Part shown: positions 11,880-22,137 of the stretch, one piece after another
How the letters are laid out: every line of letters starts with the position of its first letter
Position numbering within the stretch: the first letter of the stretch is position 1
Source of the DNA: Entomortierella parvispora E1425
Lineage: Eukaryota > Fungi > Mortierellomycota
Direction of reading: 5' to 3'
Assembly (NCBI GenBank): GCA_020891255.1
Contig: BQFW01000005.1
Location: forward strand, 1,488,001-1,552,000
Length of the DNA stretch: 64,000 bases
Position numbers and translations under genes: made by a program
Notes under the pieces: model-generated
What the model saw: only the letters and a program-made list of their open reading frames with translations
The model's database searches: none
What the model was told of the DNA's origin: nothing

Positions 11880-13656
11880 CTACGTACCAAAGTGATTCCG
11901 CTGTGTTTTCCTTTTCCAATCTTCTTATCATGTCCTCTCTTGTTCGTGCCAAATCTGTCCCGTTGGCTGTGTTTTTTGTGGGATCTTTTGCTCTGTGCTG
12001 CATCTGCAGTCTTTCTCTTTGCAAGTCTATATTAATGTTGTGGGTCGCTATGAGGCCTGCTGTTGTCAGTTTGGCGGTGATGTGCTCATACCATGTTTGA
12101 GGTGTTCGAGTTCGAATTGAATGCTGCTGTCTGACTTCTGCCCATGTGAGGATGGCGTTCCTGTCATCCGTTAACACCTGGTCCAGATAGAGGAGGCCTG
12201 CTTTTTTCAGTTGCTTTCGAGCCTTAGCGAACTCCTGTACTGTGCATAGAGTTGTTATTGGCTGTCGCCTGTTGTTCGTTTGCGTAGTGGGGTAGAAGCT
12301 TAGGTGTCTCTGGTTCATGAGTCCACATACTGTATTCGTCCTATAATATTGTGTTTGTCACCTGTCGCTCCTATATCTGGTCTCTCCACTGGGTGCTGCG
12401 CGATGCCTAATTGTCTTTGTAGCGCTCGCGACCTTGATCTGGTGAGTTGACCAATTAGGCCTCGATCGTTAAGACGCGAGTGTAGTGGGCCAATGTGCTC
12501 CTCTGCCTGTGTGTCCACCAGTCGTCGTACTCCATAGAACCGGCGGTGATGGAGGAGAGCGTACGGTGTGCCCTTCGCAAGGCCTGCCTTTTTCCGTACG
12601 GCCTCCGTGTATTTTCCTGTAAGTCGTTTTGCTTCCGATGGCGACAATACTGTAAGTGATAGGCGGTAGCTCATCCTCGGGAGAAGTATGTTGTTCACGA
12701 TACACAAGGCCTGGCGGTCGGTGACAGCTTTCCTATTCAGGATGGCATCGACGGTGTTGATTTCCTCCATGACAAGTTCTTTCGTCTTTTTACTGTTGCC
12801 GTCTGCGGCGACCCAGGCTCCCAGGATCCTTATTGCGACGCTTTTGTGAATTGGTTTGATACTCTCAGGTGGCTGTCCGAACTGTAATGTTGGTGTTTCT
12901 ACTTCTGTGTTGTTGAGCGCCATCACGACTGTCTTTGTCGCGTTGACTTGGATGTCGTGCAGTGAGAAAAATGACATGGATCTGTCTAGGATCCTCTGCA
13001 TGTTGTCTTTGTTGTCTGAGATCCAGTGCGTGTCATCCACGAATGCGAGCCCTGATACCATTGGAGGCGACAAGTCCGGTTCTGATTCCGTTGGTTGTGG
13101 TGTCATTGTATATCCTGCTTGCAGTTTGTCTACTGCACAGAGAAGGGGGTCATATGCAATGCGCCACATCAACGGGCATTCAATCCCTCCTTGGTCCAGT
13201 CCGCCTTCAACGCGGTACGCCTCTGTCAGTCCGAAGTCAGTGATGATTCTGTTTTGTTTTGTTTCCGTAATGTCACCCAGGAGGGCAATGAATGTTTCCG
13301 GTACTTTGATCCGTCTGAGACCCATTTCCATCATCCGTTCTGGTGCGCAATCCACTGAGTCAAAGCATTTCTGGATGTCCTGACATACGACCCATACCTC
13401 TCTCCTTTCTTGTCTCGCATCCTCCAGGACACAATTGAGTGCGTGGATTGGGTCCTTTGTTGTTGTTCCTTTGAGCACCGAAAAGTTGTTTCCTTTGAGT
13501 ACATTATGCTTGGATACAATTTCCGATAGTCTGGATGTCAGGATACTGAACAGGATCTTCCGAGCGTGTTCCAGTAGGGTTAATGGTCTGATGTTGCTGA
13601 GATCCCCGTTCCAATCATAGACTTTGGGGATACAATATATGATCCCTTCTTTCCAC
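11880..13656 (-). mobile_element. LINE ORF2 central part (reverse transcriptase and downstream region), frameshift near 12315
   Basis: WKEGIIYCIPK...IRPLTLLEHARK, QDIQKCFDSV, GLDQGGIECPLMW and LAFVDDT are non-LTR RT motifs. Confidence 0.93.
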
Positions 13657-14164
13657 TGTGGTGTAGTAGATACGGATCACACATTTGTAGAAGTCAGTTT
13701 AGATACCCTTAAAAGATTGCGTTAATATAATTTCGTGTTCAGAGCAGTAATTGCTCTGGGTCGCTTCCTTCCCTACTTTTTCGTTTGCTTTTGTTTGATC
13801 GTTACAGAACACATACACATCCCCCCCCCCCACTTCCTGCCCGATATCCCCTTTGCAGCAGCAGCAAGATCGACGCCTTAATTCCGATTGCTGAGACTAT
13901 TAGTAGCTAGTCTAACCTCCTCCCCCCCCTTTACCTTTGGATATCACAGACCCTGTTCTGCCGATCAAGCTTGCCTTCGTACAAGTCTTGAGCTTCCACC
14001 CGACTGAGATCTTTATTGATACTTGGTTCACACAGTTTAGACAGTGAGATCCTGCAACGTCTATCCTCCCCCTCGCAAGCAATCCCCTTTCCCTTGATCA
14101 CTTGTGACCAGCCCCTCTCTCCTTGAGCTACGACCGATCCCCAACCCATTGTAGCAACACCACA
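13657..14164 (-). mobile_element. Solo LTR, short D subfamily (508 bp), inserted in the LINE RT
   Basis: Ends TGTGGTGTTG...CTACTACACCACA and shares ~170 bp with family D. 4-bp TSD GTGG/GTAG (one transition); removing it restores LINE ...RLPTQWKEGII... Confidence 0.85.
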
Positions 14165-14353
14165 CTACTGCGTTGGGAGTCGCCTTTGTGCTATGCATGC
14201 CTGCATCAGTTCTGTGAAGGTCGCCAAAGTATCCTCATCTAAGTGCTGGAACATGTCGTTTGTGATTCCTGATCCTCCTGCCGCTTTGACCTTGAGTGCC
14301 GTCCTGATCGCCTCCACCACTGTCTTCGCATCTGGTACCTCCATGAGTCCTCC
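14165..14353 (-). mobile_element. LINE ORF2 fragment upstream of RT
   Basis: Minus frame GGLMEVPDAKTVVEAIRTALKVKAAGGSGITNDMFQHL...; continuous with 13656 once the D LTR is removed. Confidence 0.85.
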
Positions 14354-14375
14354 TGTAACAGGAATACAGTGACAT
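14354..14375 (+). repeat. First 22 nt of a family A LTR, interrupted by D
   Basis: TGTAACAGGAATACAGTGACAT, one mismatch to the A LTR. Confidence 0.8.
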
Positions 14376-15416
14376 TGTGATGTTGTCTAAAGTAAGTATA
14401 GTCTAACGTCAGCAAAGGCTGGAGGTGAAAATGATAACGAAAAGAATAATAACGAACAAAGCTCGCTGCTTACATATGATAGGGACTTTGCTCTCTGTGC
14501 CACAAGGATCAAGCACAGCACTGCTATATGATCAGATACAATCTCGAGAGAATGAACTGGATAGACAGGAGGAGGAGAATGAGCAACAGGATCACGATAT
14601 AAGCAGGAACGAAACTGAAAGGAGACTAATAAGGACATACCAATGAGCTAAGCACGTCCTAATGGTAACCAAACAGGAGAATAAACAACTACGGAGGCGA
14701 ACACTAGGTACTATACTAACTAATAACAACAACAAGGGAGGATTGAAGGGATCTAATCAGTAAGAGCACGGCCAGAAATGTTCTATCCAGGGAAAGGGGA
14801 CAAGGCCGCCTAACTGAGGGTTCAGGAGGGACTCGAGGGAAGGCGACGAGAAGATAAGGGAGGTTCCCAAGCACCAGTTAAGGCCTCAGGATGCCCAAGC
14901 GCCAGTTAAGGCCTCAGGATGGGATGCCAAGATCGTACAAGTCCACTCAAAAGAGACAAGACATTGTTGGTACCTCGTAAGTGAGCAAGGACACGGACAA
15001 GTGGTTGGCCGAGGTTCTTGACGGGACTTGTCGAGGACGGGGAAGATCGTAACTTGTGAGTGTACAAGGTCGATCAACAGAACGCAATAGGTCTGTGATA
15101 TCCAAAGGTAAGGGGGGGGGGGAGGTTTAGACTAGCTACTAATAGTCTCAGCAATCGGAATTAAGGCGTCGAGCTTGCTGCTGCTGCAAAGGGGATATCG
15201 GGCAGGAAGGGGGGGGATGTGTGTTTGTGTTCTGAAGGGTTCAACAAAAGTGTACTGGCAGGAATCGTAAAGGAAAAAGGCAACCAGGAGCAAAATGGAT
15301 TTTGCTCCCTTCTTTATAGAAAAAAAAACTGAAACTAAACAAAATAATAAATGCTACTGAAAATATATCTCTACTCCGATGGATGTGGACCGGGACTCCA
15401 CATCTACTACACCACA
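14376..15416 (+). mobile_element. Family D solo LTR (1,041 bp); flanks do not match
   Basis: TGTGATG...CACCACA, near-identical to 31427-32491; flanks ACAT and ACGG. Confidence 0.88.
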
Positions 15417-16445
15417 ACGGTGGAATCCGCACAGCATGTTCATCCTTCTTCGTTGGTGCCACGCCTCGTTTCAGATCGGGTGGCATCCAACCAACAGGAC
15501 GAAGACCAATAACTCCATCATACCTACGTCTGGTGTAATGAACTTGTTGGAAGTTCGCTCAAACACAGAGTGCTTAAAGTAGGGAAGCATCTTCTCCGCA
15601 TTGACGGTATAGTCGCCATCATAGTGAGAATCGCAGTAATCCTTAGACAAAAAGAAAAAAAGCACAAAATTAACAAACGAGTCGGGCCAAGTCATATTGG
15701 TGCGCATCATGTTCGTGTTCGTATGTCAACTCGAGATCTTACCTTCCAAGTCAAAAGCTTTACTCTGTGCTGTCGAACCGTTAATTCTTGGATGTCGATT
15801 TCTGGACGAGCCAGTAAATCAAGAAGGATTTTATTGGACTTGGGCCTCAGACATTCCTGTGGGTATGGGTTCAGAAGTTGGTGGAATTGCTGACTTCTTC
15901 AGTCGACGGACAACAGAGCCATTGGGGCCCTGATATCTTTGCACTTTCTTCCTGGGATTCTTGAGCGTCCCTTGATCAGAGTCAGAGTCGTCAGAGATGA
16001 CAGATTCGCCAGAACTGTGTGTTGCCTCCAGAGTCCTTTTCGCGGGTTGCCTTCTGGTTGATTTCTGTGCTCCTGACACCACCTTTTCGGCCCGCTTTAC
16101 ATTCTTCGCAGCTAATGCTGTTGACGCGTTCGAGGTTGCTGCTTTGGGCTGCTTGGTAGCCTTCGGTTTATTCGCCAACTTCGTCGATTTCCCGTTCAAG
16201 TTGGTCAGGGGCGCACTTCCAGCAAGGTTTTCAGAAGCCTCAGTTTGGATGGCACCACTGATGGAGGAGACTTCTTTCAGAACTTTTGCGGAGGAGGCCG
16301 AAGTTGCAGATGCAGTCTTGCTACCAGGAGGACGACCACGGCGTTTCATAGCGACAGTGGGTAGCTCGTTCTTGGAGTCTTGCTTGGGTAGCGCTGCTAC
16401 TACAGCAGCGTAAGTGCGACCTCGGAGTTGCTTCAAGGGGGCCAT
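15417..16445 (-). pseudogene. 5' part of a Crypton-like (Ndc10-domain tyrosine recombinase) gene, with intron and frameshifts
   Basis: AT-hook-like KRRGRP N-terminus; GTAAG...TAAG intron ~15645-15730; YCDSHYDGDYTVNAEKMLPYFKHSVFER resembles the CryptonF/Ndc10 N-terminal 'WC..Y.DG..V...K...F...V..R' motif. Confidence 0.65.
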
Positions 16446-16702
16446 GATAGGGAGATAGAAGCGTTGTGTGAGTGAGTGTATGTGGTGCTTGCTAATACCA
16501 TATCTGGGGACATCGATTCAGGCCTACTTTGGTATGGGATTGGGACTGACCACACGCGGCAGAGACAGTTTATTATTGGCCATGAATTGTCTTGCTGATT
16601 GAGGATGTCGCCGACAGATTGAAGAGCGATGAGAGGCTCAGTTTGTGTGGGGGAAAACGGAGATTGATGATTTAGGGGTGAAGGGGGTGTCAAAGTACGG
16701 CA

Positions 16703-16753
16703 TGGGTGAATGGGGTGGGCGAATGGGGTGGGTGAATGGGGTGGGTGAATGGG
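16703..16753 (+). repeat. 14-bp G-rich tandem repeat (~3.5 copies)
   Basis: (GGGTGAATGGGGTG)n read directly. Confidence 0.9.
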
Positions 16754-16920
16754 CGTGATGACATGACATGGTTGGGGAGTTGGGCCGACTACAAGCGAAA
16801 TCTGTGTGTCCGCCTTCAGGTCCGACCACTGCGTGATCGATTGGCTTGGACTCGTACGTGGTCTCATGGTCACACATAAAACTATTCCAACTTTTTTCGT
16901 ATTTCACTTCATAGTCTGTT

Positions 16921-16950
16921 ATAGACTATACTTACATTAGCAACATCACA
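16921..16950 (-). repeat. 5' terminus of a D-related LTR variant, inserted after nt 27 of an A LTR
   Basis: Minus strand TGTGATGTTGCTAATGTAAGTATAGTCTA versus D TGTGATGTTGTCTAAAGTAAGTATAGTCTA. Confidence 0.75.
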
Positions 16951-17099
16951 GCGTGATGTCACCGTATTCCTGTTACACCTTCCCCTTTTAAAAAATGATA
17001 CCGTGCTGCTCTTTGAAGGTTGTGACCAAGTCCATGCAGTTGTCCAAGTTGCTTACTGGGAGCCATTCGTCAGCTTCTCTGCCGTAGCCTTTGAATGAC
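16951..17099 (-). mobile_element. Family A fragment: pol end, PPT and first 27 nt of 3' LTR
   Basis: Identical to 22222-22370. Confidence 0.93.
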
Positions 17100-20000
17100 T
17101 GTGCGGGGCAGGGGGTCCCTGTCAACGTGAGTAAGTAGGGGTACGAGTAATGACGAGACGGAAGAAGAGATCTGTTTTAATGAGAGAGCGCTGGAGGCGC
17201 TGATATATCTTCGTCAACTAAAAAATTAAGGGTCAGGGCACAGAGGCCCCCGGCGAGTTTTTAGGTCCAGGGAGGTGCTCGAGAGAGGATGACCGTTGAG
17301 GAAAAGGAAGCAAAAAACCTCAGATTTTGAGAAAGACGTAAACTCAAAAGAATTAATTTGGTTGTGCGAGGAGAAAAAGAAAAAAACCTCAGAAGAGAAA
17401 ATGGAGAGGGCAAAATAATAAACCTCAATTGAAGTTGTGCGAATGGGAAAAGGAGAAAAACCCATGTCTGTACGAAGGAAAGGGTGAGGAAAACGTTCAA
17501 AAGACCAGGGTCGTAAGCGTGCAAAAACCTCGAAGCGGGATTCTTCGAACAGGAGTTATTTGTTGGTACTGGATCGAGTCGAGCGTGTTGTTCTTGTCGT
17601 GACGGCCTTGGTTGTCTGTGCGAAGGTGACAGATTTCTTTTTCGCAGCGGGACCGGTGCTCTTGGAGTTGAAAGCGGATTCTGGCAACTCTTGGTTGTGT
17701 GAGCTATCGTAGTTCTTCCATTTAACCATGTAAACCGTCTCCCCGGGGGCAATATCACGGTGCCCAATGATCTTTTCGAGTTCATAACTGTTGTTGTCTT
17801 CTTCTTCGTCATCGCGGAGGGCGAGCTTCAATTGCTCGGGTGCAAAGTACTTTGTAAGGGCCGTCGTAGCGTGCATCAAGAGAGCCAGTGGCTTCCATGT
17901 CTTTGGTCATGACAAATGATCCAACAGGAAACTCTGTGATATGGTGAGAGCGATTGAACTTGTCAACCATTTGTTTCTGGCTGGCTTTGCTCTTTTCAGA
18001 GATAGCGGGGAAGACAATGTTTGTGAGATACTCAAGACGATCGTCAAGATCTTCGGGAGTGAGGAGTTCAGACTTGATTTGTTTGAAGTTGCTGACGCTT
18101 GAATAAGCGCGGCCATAGAATAGAGAAAATGGAGTGGAACTGTGTAGACTCGCTACTTTAGTGTTGAGAGAGAATTGAACTGCTGGGAGGTACGAGTCCC
18201 AGTCAAGGACTTTGCCGTGGAGCACTTTGCGCAGCAATTCCTTGGATGAGCGAACAAGTCGTTCAGCAATGCCATTACCGCGAGGGTGGTAAGGGGTTGA
18301 CAAACGATGTTGCGTTTGGAGAAGCGTTGGCACTGAGTCCAACAATAGATTAGAAAATTCAGAGCCATTGTCTGTCTGTACGATCTTTGGAGGGCCAATA
18401 TCACTGAAGAGCGTGAAGAGCTCTCTAGCGATTACAGAAGCCTCTTTCGTCTTGAGGGGACGTAAGACAAAGCGGGTGCAGACGTCAACGACGACTAGGG
18501 CGTAGACGTGGTTGTTAGAACTCTGCTGAAATTGAGCAAGATCTATAGCTAGATGTTCACCAGGGAAGGTGGCATGGACAGCTTTGAGAGGGTGGTACCC
18601 TTTTCTTGCGATGTTGAAGTGCTGGCAAGCCGTGCACTTTCGGATAAAGTTTAGACATGCATCTTTGAGTTTTGGCCAAGTCAACTTTTGCAAATGCAGG
18701 GCGTTGACCATGGCGTTGGCTCCAAGGTGAGCATCGCCATGAGTCTTCTGGAGAAGATCAGATCGTTCAGATTCTTTAGGGATGGTCATAGCGTCTTCGG
18801 CTAATTGCATCTGATGCACGAAGGGTGCTGAGGGATCAGAGAGGTTATTGCCCAATTGCTCAGACGAGACAGATAAAGTTTGATCATTATTTTCAGGGAC
18901 CGTTGGGCGGAATCCACGACGAGTGGTGACCGCAGCTGTCTTGCGACGCTTGTCTCTGTGTTCAGAGGACGGTTCAGAGGAGTGAGTCCAGAGTTCCTTA
19001 GGGAATGCTCTCGATAAGGCATCAGGAATGATGTTGAGCAGACCAGGACGATAGATACACTCAAAGTCATGGCTGAGGATTGTCTCTGTCCAATTGGCAA
19101 TAGTTGTAGGTAGATCAGTCTGATTCTGGATGAAAGTAAGAGGCTTGTGGTCTGTGTACAGCGTGAAGTGGCGACCCCACAAGTAGTAATGAAACTTCTT
19201 GAGGGCGTAGACTATACCAAGTAACTCTTTCTTATAGGCAGGGTAGTTACGCTCATGTTTTTTTAACGAGCGAGCCATGAACGAAATGTAGTTAACCACA
19301 GATTCGTCACCAGGGCCATTGGGGAGTTGGTACAGGACAGTGCCAAGTCCAAGATTGGACGCGTCTGTAGCAACGTAGAACGGTTGAGTGAAGTCCGGGA
19401 AAGAGAGGACTGGTGCGCGGCTGATCAACTCTTTGATCTGCGTGAAGCATTCAAGTTGAAGTGGTGAAAGCTCGAACGAGCCTTTACGAAATCGGAGTTC
19501 GTCTAGTGGAGCAGCCAAGGTGGAGTAGAGAGGGATAAACTCTCGGAAGTAATTGAACATGCCAAGATAGCGTTGAACCATCTTGCCGTCAGTGGGTGGA
19601 GCCCAGGAGCGGATGTTCGCAACCTTTTCCGGGACGATACGACGTCCAGACTCATTGATGATAAAACCCAAAAGAATGACTTCAGTGCTAAAGAAATTAC
19701 ATTTGTCAGGGTTCAGAATAAGGTTGGCTTTGGTGAGGCGTTTGATGACCTCTCGGACATGTTCACGATGTTCTTCCGCTGTGTCTGAGAAGATAACAAT
19801 ATCGTCTACATACACAGCAACAAAGGGCAGATCACCTAGGATGAGTGACATTCCTCTTTGGAATATGGAAGTCATTGGTTTCAAACCAAAAGGGGCACGA
19901 GCAAACATGTATTGTTTGCCGTTGTGCATGAAGGCAGTCAAGGGTTGACCTGAAATAGATCGAGTGTGGAGAAGAATCGGTGACCAGCCGCCTTCTCTAG

Positions 20001-21920
20001 AATGTCTGCTACTTGAGGCAGCGTGAAGTTGTCAGTGTCTTCTAATAGACTATTGAGGTGACGAGGGTCTAGACACACTCGGTTTTTGAGGAGGTTGCCT
20101 TCTAGATCGTGCCTTGCAGCCATTGTAAGTTTGTTCATATGAGGAGTGCCGTGCGGTGCTGGAACAATGACACCGTCGTTCAACCATTTTGATATTTGAG
20201 CATCCACCTCCCCCTTTTGAGATTGGGAGAATGGTTTAGAGGAGCGTTGGAAGACGGTTGCGCCGTCCTTGGTTGTAAGATGCACCTCCATGGAGGGATG
20301 AGGACAGCAGCTTTGAGGATTAATTGCTGCATTCTCTGCAAGGGGAGCGCCAATTGCGGACAGGAAATCCTGTCTTTGAGATTTAAACTCTTCGGAGTTT
20401 TCATGATCGGGGCGTGTGGAGGACACAATAGAAGGTTTTTTGTCAGATTCGACGTTGTCATGTAAGAGGTCTGGGCGTTTGAATTGGATGCCGCTAATGG
20501 AAAAACCTAGTCGGGAAAACAGGTCCATTCCTAAATAGCAATCGTAGCTGTCCAGTTTCATGACATCGAGTTGGTAGTTTAGGGTGCGGCCATTGCAGCC
20601 GACTTGAACAGCCTGAGTAGTGATGCAAGTGGGATTGACATGATCAGGGTTGGCTAACACAGTTTTGGTGCCTGAAAGCAGAGTAGTTGGGATGCATAGC
20701 TCTTCAGCTACTCGTGGATCAATTGTTGTCTGTGTGCAACCCGTGTCAAGCAGAGCTGTATACTCAACACCATTGAAAGTGATAGGAACTACAAGTCGTG
20801 TATCTTCTGGTTTTTGGCCAGTGAATGCACAATTGGAGCGATCAAATTGATCGGCAGGGAAAAAAGGAACTGCTTGTGCAGCTTCAGTAAGAGATAGAGC
20901 ATTGAACTTAGGAGTAACATTATGGATAGAACGAGCCAAGTCACCATGAGTGGAACAAGTAGAATAAGAGGAACCAAGAACCATAGATTTAATCGCATCA
21001 ACATTATATAATCATGGTCAAGACCTTTGGTGTCCTCGTTGTCGTCAATATCATCGATGTTGAGGCCAAAGTCAGGAATAGGATCATCATCGTCAGCCTC
21101 GCTTTCAATGAGACGGTTAATGGCTGCGTTGTGTCTTTTGGCGTAATTAGAAGAGTTTTGCTTGTTCTTATGAGCAAATGTAGAATTGGAGGAACCGTTG
21201 GAGTTTGAAGACTCGGACGTGGGAGTTCCGGAGCTTGCAGGTGTGCGACTGTTGCTATGTCTTCTGCAAGATGAGTCCCAGTGTTGCTTCGTGGCGAGGA
21301 TCGTTCACTCTTGCCTTTCTGCTTGTGTTGCTTACGACTGGACTTGCGATCTCGAGGAGCAGGCGATGGAGAGCGTTGCCGCTTAGAACCGCCATGGGAA
21401 GCAGAGTGCGATGAATGACCTTTAGTGCCGTCTTGTTTGATAAGGTGCGGAGCCCATTGAGAGGCTGCCCAGAAACCGCCCCAAGGATACGTACCCTGGA
21501 GAGTATTACTGGTGTTGCGGATAAACGTTAGAAGCGCATCGTAGTCCTTGATGTCGGACAACCGATTGAAATGAGACAGAGCAAGGTTCTGAACATTGTC
21601 CGGGACCGCTCGATAGAGGACCCCGACTAGAAGTGACTGAGGGAAATCCGTGTTGCCTCGAGCATCGGCAATACCAGAGGCTCTGAGCAAGCCCTCAAAG
21701 CGACAGGCGAAGGTTTCTGAGTTCTCCTGAGGGAGCGCCTTGAATGTGAAGACTCGCTCAAGCAGATCACCATTGATCATGTCAAGAGAAAATGGTTTTG
21801 ATAGCTTTCTCGACTTGAACCCAAGTACGATCCAGTGGATTTTTGATCAGCTCCATTTGAGAATCAAAACGACGGTCCATCTCTACTTTTTGCAAAGCGA
21901 CCGAGACGTAACGCCAAGCC
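17100..21920 (-). mobile_element. Ty3/gypsy chromodomain element family E (5'-truncated, frameshifted), 143-bp 3' LTR at 17100-17242
   Basis: LLDTGCTQT (PR), YVDD (RT), ATDASNLG (RH), HGDAHLG...CTAC and YHPRGNGIAE (IN), YELEKIIGH...VKWKNY (chromo). LTR TGTGC...GCACA. Confidence 0.9.
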
Positions 21921-22137
21921 TGTCGCATAATTTGGTGGCGCAGCGGCAAATGATGCTGCTGGCAGCAAGGCACAGTCACGGAGGCAACGGTCAGGATAAT
22001 ATCCTGACCGGTTCAATAAAACAGAGATCCCTCTCTTATTCTCACTGACTCCGTGTGCCATATACTTTTCATTTTTTTCAGTGAAGAGAAGATCTCGCAG
22101 GATCAGGAACATAACCGACATTCACAACCGGCATTCA

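Noticed and set aside
14870-14925. 28-bp direct repeats as a CRISPR array
   Set aside because: Head-to-tail with no spacers, inside an LTR, in a eukaryotic context.
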